From: an uncultured Actinomycetes bacterium
GTDB lineage: Bacteria > Actinomycetota > Thermoleophilia > RBG-16-64-13
Assembly: GCA_963706025.1 (NCBI GenBank)
Contig: CAVPLM010000005.1
Span: 1,139,650-1,203,649, forward strand
Reading direction: 5' to 3'
Length of the DNA stretch: 64,000 nucleotides
Below, piece after piece: positions 51,812 to 64,000 of the stretch; the stretch's first letter is position 1; every line of letters starts with the position of its first letter. The notes below the pieces were generated by a model. The model ran no database searches, was not told where the DNA came from, and was given only the letters and a program-made list of their open reading frames with translations. Both the position numbers and the translations under genes were made by a program.

Positions 51812-53186
51812 CCGCAGTAGCGTCGCGCGGCCCTACCAGCGATGCGGCTACGCCTACTACGCAGAGCACTGTGAAGATAGCGAAGGTGATGCGCACGCTG
51901 GTCAGCACGTTGCCGTAGTCGGCCGGCCCTATCGGGTGCGAGCCGACCACGACGGCCAGGACCAGCGTGGCCAAACCCATGCTGATGTTCTGGCCCGTCA
52001 GCCTCATCGTGCCAATGGTGGCCGACGCGACACCGGTGTACCGCCTGTCCACGCTGCCCATGATGGCGTAGATGATCGGAGTGGCAAAGAAGGCGAAGCC
52101 GAGGCCCAGCACGCAGAGGGTCGCGATGATGTACCAGTAAGGAGTAGTCGCGGTCAGGAAGACCAGGGCCAGAAGCCCGAGGACGCAAACGCCCATCCCG
52201 GCCGACGCCACATAGCGAGCCTGGACCCGGTCGGACAAACGCCCCGACACCGGCGAGAAGGCGGTCTGCACGACGGTACCGGTGACGAGGACGAGCCCCG
52301 CGGCCTGCGGGTCGAGACCCCTGTTGTACTGGAGATACAGACTCATCAGGAAGGTCATTGCATACGTGGCCGCGTAGTTGATGAACGTGGCCGCGTTAGA
52401 GTAGGCGAACACCCGGTTTCGGCGGATGAGGTCGACGTTGAGGACCGGGTCTGGCGCTCGGGTCTCCCACCAGAGAAAGCCCGCTATTCCGGCGGCGCCG
52501 GCGATGATGAGCACCCAGCCGAGAGCACCGGGCAGGACTGAGAAGCCGATGAGGAGCACGGTGAGCGCGCCCGCCCACGCGACGGAACCGGTCACGTCGA
52601 ACGGCGCCCGCTTAGGCTCGCGCCATTCGACCCCCCGCAGCCGCCAGACAGCAAGCAGGCAATCGATAGCACCGACGATACCGACCAAGACGAAGATGAA
52701 CCTCCAGCCCAGGTTGTGGATGATGACGCCTCCGAGCGCCGGCCCCAGGGTGAGTCCCAGATAGACGCCTCCCACCTGGAGGCCGAGCGCCCGTCCCCGG
52801 GTCTCGGGCGGATGGGCAAGGGTCACCATGGCCGTGGTGCACGCGAGCAACACCGCCATGCCGATCCCCTGCAGGATGCGAAGGAGGATCAGCACGAAAG
52901 CGTTGGGAGCGAGGGCGGCTGCAAAGGTGATGACGGTGAACGCAATCATCCCCATGATGAAGAACCGCTTACGCCCGTAGAGGTCGGCAAGCCGGCCGGC
53001 GGGCATGAGGAACGCGGCTGCCGGCAGGATGTACGACAGCGAGATCCAGCTCAGCGTGACGGCCGAGACGTTCCATTCCTCTTCGATGAGGGGCAGGGCG
53101 ATGTTGACGGCCGAGGTCATGAAGGTGCCGAGAAAGCCGGCCGTCGTCGCGACCAGGAGCACCATTCTTTGCGTCGACCGTTCCAT
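51780..53186 (-). CDS. MFS transporter (DHA2/EmrB-like)
   Basis: GRLADLYGRKR, RILQGIG, GP.LGG and many TM segments. Confidence 0.92.
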   Translation of the reverse strand: MERSTQRMVLLVATTAGFLGTFMTSAVNIALPLIEEEWNVSAVTLSWISLSYILPAAAFLMPAGRLADLYGRKRFFIMGMIAFTVITFAAALAPNAFVLILLRILQGIGMAVLLACTTAMVTLAHPPETRGRALGLQVGGVYLGLTLGPALGGVIIHNLGWRFIFVLVGIVGAIDCLLAVWRLRGVEWREPKRAPFDVTGSVAWAGALTVLLIGFSVLPGALGWVLIIAGAAGIAGFLWWETRAPDPVLNVDLIRRNRVFAYSNAATFINYAATYAMTFLMSLYLQYNRGLDPQAAGLVLVTGTVVQTAFSPVSGRLSDRVQARYVASAGMGVCVLGLLALVFLTATTPYWYIIATLCVLGLGFAFFATPIIYAIMGSVDRRYTGVASATIGTMRLTGQNISMGLATLVLAVVVGSHPIGPADYGNVLTSVRITFAIFTVLCVVGVAASLVGPRDATAATPQVHGEVP

Positions 53187-53372
53187 GGCTCCCCAGCGTA
53201 CACTAGACGGGTGACAGGTGATGAACCAAGGTGATACGCCCCGAGCCGGCAAGACTGAGGGAGTGGCTCATGTGGGGCGAGGGGACCCAGTGGACGCCGT
53301 CTGGGAACTCGACTGCGCGCTGATCGCAGCCCCGGCCCTTCCTACATGACCACGCGAGAGAAGGAGACAAGG

Positions 53373-54641
53373 ATGGAGGCGACCAGGAACCTGTTGGAAG
53401 TCAAGCTGCGGGAGTTCGATCCCGTAGTCAATGAGCTGATCTGGGACGAGATGCAGCGCAATGAGGAGACGATCAATCTGATCGCTTCGGAGAACTACCC
53501 GCCCAAATCGGCGATGAAGGCGATCAGCTCAATGCTCTCCGGCGTCTACAGCGAAGGATATCCCGGGGAACGCTACTATCGCGGCCTCGAAAACGTCGAC
53601 AAGATCGAATCCCTGGCCCTAAACAGGGCGAAAGAAATCTTCGGTGCGGAACACGCCAATGTCCAGGCTCTCTCCGGCTCGGGGGCGAACATTGCCGCCT
53701 ACCTCTCTCTCCTTCAGATAGGCGACCGCATCTTGAGCATGGACATCGATGCCGGCGGGCACCTGAGCCACGGGGCTAAGGTGAGCATCGTCTCGAAGCT
53801 GTTCAAGGTGACCCAGTACGGCGTCGATCCGCAAACCGGCCTTTTGGACTATGACGAGATCCGCGCAATGGCCTTGGAAGTGAACCCCAGGTTGATCATC
53901 TGCGGCGCCAGCGCCTACCCGCGAATCATCGATTTTGCCCGCTTCGGGGCGATCGCCAAGGAAGTGGGAGCCTACCTGCTGGCCGACATGGCGCATATCG
54001 CCGGCATGGTCGCTACGGGAAACCACCCGAGCCCAGTGCCGCATTGCGACATCGTGACGACGACCACCCACAAGACCCTGCGCATGACCCGCGGTGCCCT
54101 GATCCTCTGCCGCAAGGAACACGCCGCCAAGCTGGATCGGGCGGTCTTTCCTCTGATGCAGGGCGGTCCCCATCAGGCGAACATCGCCGCGATTGCCGTG
54201 GGTCTCAAGCATCTGACGACGCCCGAATACAAGGACTACATCCGAAGAGTGCTGGCAAACGCACACCTGCTGGCTGCGGAGCTTCAGAAGTTGGGATTCA
54301 AGATCGCCAGCGGCGGCACGGACAACCATCTGCTGCTGCTCGATCTCTCCCCTCAGGGGATCGATGGCGACCGTGCCTCGATCCTCCTCGAGGAGGCGAA
54401 CATCATCGTCAACAAGAACCGCGTCCCAGGCGACAAGGGAACGGCCACGAAACCCTTCGGCATCCGGCTGGGAAGCCCAGCCATGACAACCCGGGGGATG
54501 GGACTGGATGAAACCCGCTGGATCGCCCGGTGGATCACGGAAGTCATCCTCCACCCCGAAGACGAAGCGCTCCGCAAGCGGGTCAAGGCCGACGTGATCG
54601 ATCTCTGTCGGAGGTTCCCGATTTACCAGTCGACTTTTTAG
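53373..54641 (+). CDS. glyA: Serine hydroxymethyltransferase
   Basis: LIASEN, YSEGYPG, GGHLSHG, TTTTHKTLR, GGTDNH and NKN. Confidence 0.96.
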   Translation: MEATRNLLEVKLREFDPVVNELIWDEMQRNEETINLIASENYPPKSAMKAISSMLSGVYSEGYPGERYYRGLENVDKIESLALNRAKEIFGAEHANVQALSGSGANIAAYLSLLQIGDRILSMDIDAGGHLSHGAKVSIVSKLFKVTQYGVDPQTGLLDYDEIRAMALEVNPRLIICGASAYPRIIDFARFGAIAKEVGAYLLADMAHIAGMVATGNHPSPVPHCDIVTTTTHKTLRMTRGALILCRKEHAAKLDRAVFPLMQGGPHQANIAAIAVGLKHLTTPEYKDYIRRVLANAHLLAAELQKLGFKIASGGTDNHLLLLDLSPQGIDGDRASILLEEANIIVNKNRVPGDKGTATKPFGIRLGSPAMTTRGMGLDETRWIARWITEVILHPEDEALRKRVKADVIDLCRRFPIYQSTF

Positions 54642-54717
54642 CAGTGACCGCGTGAATACCGAACCATGTCTCCTGCACGGCCGGGCGGGGCTCGTCGGTG
54701 GACCGCCGAACGGGCGC

Positions 54718-54774
54718 CTACCGCACCACGAGGTTGACGAGCCTGCCCGGCACATGAATCTCCTTCACGACGAC
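54718..54774 (-). pseudogene. 3'-terminal remnant resembling the leucyl-tRNA synthetase C-terminus
   Basis: Minus frame VVVKEIHVPGRLVNLVVR* immediately after the katG stop; resembles the LeuS C-terminal motif K.I.VPG(K/R)LVN.VV. Confidence 0.65.
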
Positions 54775-54776
54775 GA

Positions 54777-57431
<2,655 letters not shown>

Positions 57432-57461
57432 GGTCTTGCCTCGCTTGTTGCGATCACTCCT

Positions 57462-57476
57462 TATCTAGTATAGATA
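57462..57476. promoter_or_regulatory. Candidate Fur/PerR operator
   Basis: AT-rich palindrome TATCTA-gta-TAGATA overlapping minus-strand TATACT upstream of fur-katG. Confidence 0.5.
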
Positions 57477-57675
57477 CGCAATAAACTTCCCGCAAGAGGC
57501 TATTGGGCAGCTGCAGGTCGTACCGGGACACGGCAGAGCCATCCGTTGGCACGCGCCTCTCGGCGCCAGCCGTGCCTCTTCAGCAGCCTGCTGAGGTATT
57601 TTGGTAGACAGACCGGACACGCAGCGGCTGCCTCCGATGCGTTCAGGCTGGATGCGCAAAGAAGGGAACTACCTG

Positions 57676-58872
57676 GTGGATTTCCGCGCTACTCGAAGCC
57701 AGATGGGCAACCGGGCAATGGCCGTCTTCATCGCCTGCTTCTTCACCGTATTGGCAGCCTATTCCATTCGCTACTCCTACGGCACCTTGATGCCCGAGAT
57801 GTTGCCGGACCTGGACATCACCAAAGCCCAAGCCGGCTCCATCTACGCCTCCTATTTCTTCGCCTACACCCTATTCTCCCCGATCATTGGCAGGCTGGCC
57901 GATCGCTATAGCATCAGGCTCATCGTCTCGTTCTTCATGGCCATCATGGGGTTGGGTACCTTTCTGATGCAATACGCCGGATCGCTCTGGCAGGCCAGCG
58001 TCTTCTTCGGGATTGTCGGGTTGGGGTGCGCCGCTTGTTGGGCGCCCGTAATGGCTTTGACCCAGAGATGGGCGAGCACCACAAGACGCGGCTTGAGCTT
58101 GGCGCTGGTAGACGCAGGTAGCACTATCGGTGTAATGGCAGCCGGTGCGTTGATTCCTTTGCTGGTGTCCGTCGCCGATTGGCAATTGGGTTGGCGGGTG
58201 CTGGGGATTTTCGGATTGCTCTTGGCCGCGGCCAATTTCATCCTGATTCGAGACCGGCCGGCCTCCGGTCTGCAAACACAGATTGCCAAAGAACCTAGTC
58301 ACATCAGGTACATACAGCTACTCTCCGACCGTCGTTTTTGGTTGATAGGGATAGCCTATTTACTGCTCGGGGTCTCCATTCAGATCCCTTTCTCTTTTCT
58401 TAGCACCTACGCCGTTCAAGAATTAGCAATGCCCTATGAAACGGCCACGAGCTTGATCACAGTGATAGGTGCGGCCGGTCTAATAGGCAAACTGACTCTT
58501 GGCCCACTTTCCGATCGATTAGGGCGTATCAAAATGATGATACTGGCATCGCTCCTGATCACGGTCGGTTGCTTGGGGATCGCCTTTGGCCGAAGCTGGC
58601 TTCTGTTCGTTGCGAGTCTCGTCTTTGGCGCAGGATACGGTGCCTGCTGGTCCATGTATGCAGCCTGTGCTGGCGACTTTTTCTCGAAGGAATCGTCGGG
58701 GGCCATTATCGGGCTTTGGACGGTGTACCTAGGTATTGGTTTGATTGTCTCTCCGATTGTCGCCGGTTGGGCGGCCGATAGCAGCGGAACACTGATGTGG
58801 GGTTTCATCATCGCCGCTGCCGCTGGTCTGGGGACCGTCATGGCGCTGGCGCCCTTGTATGGAAAGAAGTGA
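57676..58872 (+). CDS. MFS transporter (OFA/MCT-like), visibly lower GC
   Basis: GRLADRY and GPLSDRLGR motifs with ~12 TMs. Start uncertain. Confidence 0.9.
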   Translation: MDFRATRSQMGNRAMAVFIACFFTVLAAYSIRYSYGTLMPEMLPDLDITKAQAGSIYASYFFAYTLFSPIIGRLADRYSIRLIVSFFMAIMGLGTFLMQYAGSLWQASVFFGIVGLGCAACWAPVMALTQRWASTTRRGLSLALVDAGSTIGVMAAGALIPLLVSVADWQLGWRVLGIFGLLLAAANFILIRDRPASGLQTQIAKEPSHIRYIQLLSDRRFWLIGIAYLLLGVSIQIPFSFLSTYAVQELAMPYETATSLITVIGAAGLIGKLTLGPLSDRLGRIKMMILASLLITVGCLGIAFGRSWLLFVASLVFGAGYGACWSMYAACAGDFFSKESSGAIIGLWTVYLGIGLIVSPIVAGWAADSSGTLMWGFIIAAAAGLGTVMALAPLYGKK

Positions 58873-59075
58873 TGGGCGAGTGAGGTCGCCCCAAAACGCC
58901 GCCGTTCGCGTGCCGGGCAACCAGGCCCGGTCCCTCTCCCGCCGGCTATTGCGCGCGGACGGCCGAGACCCTGTTCTTCAGCAGCCTTTCAAGGTAGGTT
59001 GCCACGCCCGAGCGGTAGTCTCGATACTTGAGGTCGATGTGGCGGTTGAGGCGGTCCAGTAGCCGCACGCGCTTG

Positions 59076-59831
59076 TTAGGCCGCAGAACGCGATCTGAAC
59101 ATGTAGATCGCCCAACCAAGCGTATCGCGCCCCCAACGCAGGTATGCCGCCTTCGCCTTCTCCACGCGCTCAACCACCTCCGCCAAGTCCGGATCATCTG
59201 GATGGGTGCGGGCGTACTCGGCTGTCGCGTACCATTGCAGGCCTTCGTACCTGTCCCAGTCGTCCTGGCTGCTCACGATGGTGTGAACGAGATCCAATCC
59301 TCGCCGCTCTCCGGCTTCCGCATTCGAGGAGTGGCTCCCGAAGTCCTCTCGCGCGCACCCGGAGGCCTCTAGGTAGTCCTCGGGCGGCTCCTGGAGCCAG
59401 TATGGCTCTCCCACGATCACCCAGCCGCCGGGCTTCACCATGTTGATCAGCGCGTCGAGAGTACCAGCGTGCCCCCCGAAGACCCAGCTGGCGCCAATAC
59501 ATGACGCCAGATCTAAGCTGTGCGGCTTGTCTGGCTTGAAATCCGCACCATTCATCTGGGTGAAGCTGATGCCGGCACTCGGTGCCCGCGCCTCGAGCCT
59601 TCCCCTTGCATCGGCAATGTGGAAAGGAGAGAGGTCGATGCCCATGCCACGAGCGCCATAGGCTTCCGCCAAGCGAATCAGGAACTCGCCCTTTCCACAG
59701 GCAATGTCGACCACCTGCGCGCCAGTCGGGAGGCGCAGAAGCTCCACGAGACGCGCCAGTTTTCCCTCGCTCGTGGGATTGCATACCACATGTTCACGGT
59801 GAGTGATGTCGTAGAACTTCCATGTGTCCAT
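59076..59831 (-). CDS. Class I SAM-dependent methyltransferase (integron-cassette-like)
   Basis: VDIACGKGE, GIDLS and KPGG motifs; stop codon lies inside GCCTAAC. Confidence 0.9.
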   Translation of the reverse strand: MDTWKFYDITHREHVVCNPTSEGKLARLVELLRLPTGAQVVDIACGKGEFLIRLAEAYGARGMGIDLSPFHIADARGRLEARAPSAGISFTQMNGADFKPDKPHSLDLASCIGASWVFGGHAGTLDALINMVKPGGWVIVGEPYWLQEPPEDYLEASGCAREDFGSHSSNAEAGERRGLDLVHTIVSSQDDWDRYEGLQWYATAEYARTHPDDPDLAEVVERVEKAKAAYLRWGRDTLGWAIYMFRSRSAA

Positions 59832-60243
59832 GATTCTCAATCCTTCGACGGCCTAGCAAGCACTAGCCAGTCTGCATAATCCACCGAAACAGCCAAGGAG
59901 TGTCTACGTCACACTGATGGCGTCGGCCGCCGAAACCGGCGGAGGAGCCTCCGTAGCAGCATACCCTGTTCCGAGGGCACTCGCCCTATCGGGATTGACG
60001 AGAACGGGATGACCGCGCTCTTCTTCGAAGACCCTTCTCGTCGGTCCTCACGGGCATGTTCTCGTGTCAATTGTGAACCACGACCGCAGTTCTCGTTTTC
60101 CACGGTTCGTTTGCAGAATGTTTGCAGTGAATTGGGCGGGGCGAAACGCCTATCGTGCGAACTCCATCCCCGGCGAATCGACCCGGAAGAAAAGGCCCTG
60201 GCTAGAGGGCTCCGTCCTCGGCCCAGTCACTACGCGCTTTCTC

Positions 60244-62009
60244 TTACTCCTGAGGCATCACCGGCAACAGCAGGTGCGACGGATACTCCGCGTTGTGGAA
60301 GACCTTGTGAAGCACCGTCTTGCTGGAGCAAACGTGGTTGGGGATGTACTCCGCGAAAGTCTCACCGGCGACGCCCTCCGCCAAGTCGAGGCTGGTGATC
60401 TCCAGACAGATGCGGTGGCCGCGCTCGAACAGGTTGGCCGTCGAGAGGATCTCCACCTGGTACTCGTTGATCTCGCCCGGCACCACCGGCCGGATGGTCT
60501 CGGGGCTCAGGGTGTGCCAGGGCTTCCAGGGCTTGGAGCGCTCCGGGTCGAGCTCCCGGCGAGAGGCCTTCAGCCAGCCCGCGGGTCAGCTCCCGCTCGG
60601 GTAGTCCCGGCGGCACCTCACGCTCGCCGGGGCGCGCCGACTGCACCGACACGTCCGGGCCCACGTCCTTGAGGATGATGATCCAGTTGGTGTCATCCTG
60701 GTCGAGCGAGGCCCAGAAAGTGAGGGAGATAGGACCGACGACCAGGGTGTCTTCGGCGAGGGGCTCGGTCATGTAGCGTAGCCGCTCGATCTTGTTGGTC
60801 TGCGTGGGCGGCATCTGCACGAAGGCGTCCGGGGGTTCGTTCACGAAGGTGTGAGCCGCGGGCAGGTGAGCGCGTGTGCTGAGCTTCTCCCAACTGTGCA
60901 GGTAGTACTTCGTCCACTTGCGTCTCCGGCGCGGGCCAGCCATCGAAGGTGCGCCACTTGTTCTCGCCCATGATCCAAATCTTGACGGCCGGGTCGTTTT
61001 CGACCCCGTTGTCGATTCCCTTGAGCCAGTGGTCGTACCAGCGGATGATCTCCTCGTGCCACTCATGGAAGGGACGCTCGGCGTGGGCAGGCGGCGTGAC
61101 TAACAGGTGCTTGTGCGGCTGGTCGATGCCGTAGAAGAAATTCTGCGCTCCCTGCCAGTGCATCTTGTAGGTATAGGCGCCCTCGAAGGCCCCGGTCACA
61201 AAGGGGATCTTGATCTTCTTGAGCATTTCCTCGGTCTGCTCGATGGTCCCGGGGCGCTCGAAGGGGAAGAGCAGGGGATAGAACATCCCCGCATCCCGCT
61301 GCCCGCGCAACGTAAGGATGTTGTAGAGGTTCACGTACATCATGTAGTCCGGGTCCTGCATGGCTGCTTCCCACGCGGCTTCCACCGGGGGCGGCAGCTC
61401 GGGAGGAGTGCCGATGTTCGTGCGCAGGCTGTTGAAGAGGCCGATGTGGTAGGGCATAGTCTGGATCACGCCACCCGGGTGCTGGTCACGGAAGCCCTCG
61501 AGGCCGCCATAGCAGCCGCCAGCATCCAGGGGAAAGATGGCTTTGAGGGCGGGGTGACCCTGGGCGGCCGCCCGCCACTGCTCGGCCGCAAATGCCGAGA
61601 GGCCGACCATCCCCACATTGCCGTCGCACCAGGGCTGTTGGGTGATCCACTCGATGGTGTCGTAGTGGTCCCAGTCGTCACCCATGAAGAGCTGGCCCTC
61701 CGATTTGTGGCCGCCCCGCACCTGGCCGATCACGTGGACATAGCCGTTGGCCACGAACCGCTTGGAATCGCCGCCCTCGATGATTCCGTACCACTGCGTG
61801 GACCAGGCCGGCTGCCCGACCTTGAGGTTCTCCGCCACCTCCACCCGCTGCAGATCCTTGTTGTGCATGGCGCAGGTGTAGAGCACCGGGAACTCCCCGG
61901 GAGCGTCGGGGCGGTACACGTCAACCCGGAGCGTCACTCCGTCCCGCATGGGGACCGCCAGGTCGTACTCCTTGATCATCTTGTCGTAGGAGAGGCGCTC
62001 TTCGGGCAT
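60244..62009 (-). CDS. CocE/NonD family alpha/beta hydrolase with two +1 frameshifts (~60918, ~60579)
   Basis: MRDGVTL..D.YRP, QPWCDGNVGM.GLS, RWYDHWLKG; later frames TRGWLKAS and GHRI.LEI...S.LLLP. Confidence 0.88.
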
Positions 62010-62024
62010 GAGAATCCTCCGGAA

Positions 62025-63746
62025 CTAGGGCTGAAAGGGATAGTGGTCGATCGGGACATCTTCGGTGGAGAGGAGCATCTCCCCGTCTCTGTCTTCGAGT
62101 AGGATCCACTTGAGCCATGTGCGGTCGTCGCGCTCGGGACAGTCCTCCCGCAGGTGCCACCCCCGCGACTCCTCTCGAGAAAGCGAGGCCCGGTAGTACA
62201 TCTCCGCACATAGAACCATCGCCCTCGCTTCGTGAGCCGCAGCCAGATAGTGCGGATCTTCTGCCGCGAGCTCGGGGATCCGCTCGCGGGCCTGGAGAAC
62301 CAGCTCGAGCGCTTCCTCCATCCGCTCTCTCTTCTTGTAGATCGAGTACCCAACCGGCGCGATGGCAGCCTGCACCTCCCGCACCAGGTCGATCGGCTTG
62401 ACACCGGTCCCTCGACCGAGCGGCGCAAAAATCTGGGTCCTAAGAGCGGCGGCCAGGTCGGCGTCGGGCCGCCCGACCGGTACCTCGGCGGCATACTCAA
62501 GGACGGCCGCCGCGGCTTGGATGCCCATCCAGGTCGATGAGGTGAGGGCCTTGCCGCGGACCCGCCCGGGGGAGGCCGGGACGGCCCCGGCCATGGCCGA
62601 GCCGCTCGTTGCGGTGTTGCCCACCGCGTAGAGACCGGGGACCGTTGTCGCCATGCGGTGATTCACTCGTACTGGGGAGAGCTCGCCAAGGAACCCTGGA
62701 AAGACCTCCGACACCGGACCGCGCCCGTCGGCCTCCGCCGTCTTGGAAAGGAGCCGCCCCCAGAAAGCCTCGGCCTTAGGGCGGTCCCACAGCTCAGGCG
62801 CGTCGTCGCCGTGACCGCCTTTCTCCGTGTGCTTGGTGGTGTGCTGGAGCAGCCAGTTCTCGTCGTTATGGGTCACCATGGGACCATTGCCAGCCATCAT
62901 CTCCCGGTACCACACGGCGCCGACAACGGAATCGACGTCGGGCTCGAACTCCCGCCTCCATGTGGAGAGAAAGTCGCCTTTGGCGTTGTAGAGCGCGTCC
63001 TCGGCTCCAAGGAGCGGCTCCTTGCTGCGCTTGTTCACGAGTTGCATGAAGGAGCCGAACTCAGCGTTCCTCATCTGCGCACCGGCCCGGTATGCGGCGG
63101 CTATCCCGTCTCCCCGGGCCCCGCTCCACATGGAGAGTATGCGGTAACTCTGGCCACCCGTCGCAAGGATGACGGCCTTCGAGCACAAGAGGCAGCACGA
63201 GCCGTCGAGCATGCTGAAGCCGATTGCCCCCGCCGCGCGCCCTTGTTCCTTAAGCACGTCGACCACCATGGTCTTGTCGAGGAACTCGACGCCCAGCCTC
63301 TTGGCGTGGCGCTGTACTTTCATCTGGGTGTCGAGCTCAGCCGCAGTGAGGCGCCAGGGAAGCCCGGGCTTGAATGTGTCTGTGGCCAGGCTACCGTCAG
63401 CGCTGCGACAAAACGCCTGACACCATGAATCTAGTCTCTCGATGGTGGCCTGAGACTCGGATGCGAACACGCGCAGGAGTTCCTGGTCTTCTAGGAACAT
63501 CCCTATGTTGCGGGTGTGATAGTCGAGAAACCGGTCGACCGGGTCGTCCGGGCCGAGGAACATGAAGATGCCCGCTCCCTTGTTGGCCTGGCCGGCCCAG
63601 CCGCTGAAATTCTTCTCGACTACGAGCACACGGGTTGCGGGAGATTCCTCCTTGACCGCAACCGCCGCTGCCAGTCCGGCTATTCCGCCGCCGACCACAA
63701 GGATGTCGGTCTTGAGAACCGTCCCCAGCTCGTGAAGGGCGCTCAT
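62025..63746 (-). CDS. AprA/SdhA-superfamily FAD flavoprotein
   Basis: DILVVGGGIAG, ILATGG, GDG.AAAYRAGA, VPGLYAVG and REESRG.H.RED. Confidence 0.88.
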   Translation of the reverse strand: MSALHELGTVLKTDILVVGGGIAGLAAAVAVKEESPATRVLVVEKNFSGWAGQANKGAGIFMFLGPDDPVDRFLDYHTRNIGMFLEDQELLRVFASESQATIERLDSWCQAFCRSADGSLATDTFKPGLPWRLTAAELDTQMKVQRHAKRLGVEFLDKTMVVDVLKEQGRAAGAIGFSMLDGSCCLLCSKAVILATGGQSYRILSMWSGARGDGIAAAYRAGAQMRNAEFGSFMQLVNKRSKEPLLGAEDALYNAKGDFLSTWRREFEPDVDSVVGAVWYREMMAGNGPMVTHNDENWLLQHTTKHTEKGGHGDDAPELWDRPKAEAFWGRLLSKTAEADGRGPVSEVFPGFLGELSPVRVNHRMATTVPGLYAVGNTATSGSAMAGAVPASPGRVRGKALTSSTWMGIQAAAAVLEYAAEVPVGRPDADLAAALRTQIFAPLGRGTGVKPIDLVREVQAAIAPVGYSIYKKRERMEEALELVLQARERIPELAAEDPHYLAAAHEARAMVLCAEMYYRASLSREESRGWHLREDCPERDDRTWLKWILLEDRDGEMLLSTEDVPIDHYPFQP

Positions 63747-63985
63747 GACGGATACCGAGGCCCATGCTCAAGGAGCGACGGAAAGGGCTTGTCCCAGTCC
63801 ACTACCACGTCGATCGCGTCCACGGGGCAGTTAAGCTCACACAGATTGCATTGGACGCAGTCCTCCGGGTAGGCGACAACGGGCCGCTTGGCGCTCTCGT
63901 CCCAGCGGATCGCATCGACGAAGCAGGCCTTGTAGCAGAGCCCGCAGCCGTTGCAGGTCTCGAGATCGATGTCGATGACGTTCAC
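63743..63985 (-). CDS. AprB-like 2x[4Fe-4S] ferredoxin
   Basis: CNGCGLCYKAC and YPEDCVQCNLCELNCP; overlaps the flavoprotein start. Confidence 0.88.
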   Translation of the reverse strand: MNVIDIDLETCNGCGLCYKACFVDAIRWDESAKRPVVAYPEDCVQCNLCELNCPVDAIDVVVDWDKPFPSLLEHGPRYPS

Positions 63986-64000
63986 GGCTTCAGCTGTTCT

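Noticed and set aside
53205-53310. Possible ZTP or THF riboswitch upstream of glyA (GTGACAGGTG, CGCCCC/GGGGCG, GCCGTCTGGG)
   Set aside because: Only partial resemblance. The order and spacing of conserved ZTP elements do not fit by eye; an Rfam scan is needed.

Overview
GC-rich (about 60-65% by eye) bacterial chromosomal segment. The gene content (W-AOR, 2-oxoacid:ferredoxin oxidoreductase, AprA-like flavoprotein, furA-katG, LCP protein with a Thr-rich linker) suggests an anaerobic, probably actinobacterial (Thermoleophilia-like) host; that assignment is inference. The window holds about 50 protein genes, and I found no rRNA, tRNA, CRISPR array, integrase or transposase. About ten +1 single-base frameshifts in otherwise intact genes look like long-read assembly errors. 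The main candidate for a new system is a ~16 kb cluster (15.4-31.4 kb): APC permease, metallophosphoesterase, nucleotidyltransferase-fold protein, PAS-LuxR regulator, class III aminotransferase, GldA, GlcDEF, W-AOR, MoaD and Ald. Together these read as a B12-independent transaminative route for anaerobic amino-alcohol (phosphate) catabolism. Other notable signals are two genes with integron-cassette borders but only half an attC, short 3'-end remnants of other genes (LeuS-like, UspA-like) just downstream of stop codons, a 158-bp MITE-like element, an in-frame TAG in glcE, a Se/S-trafficking trio and a cyclic beta-1,2-glucan synthase.
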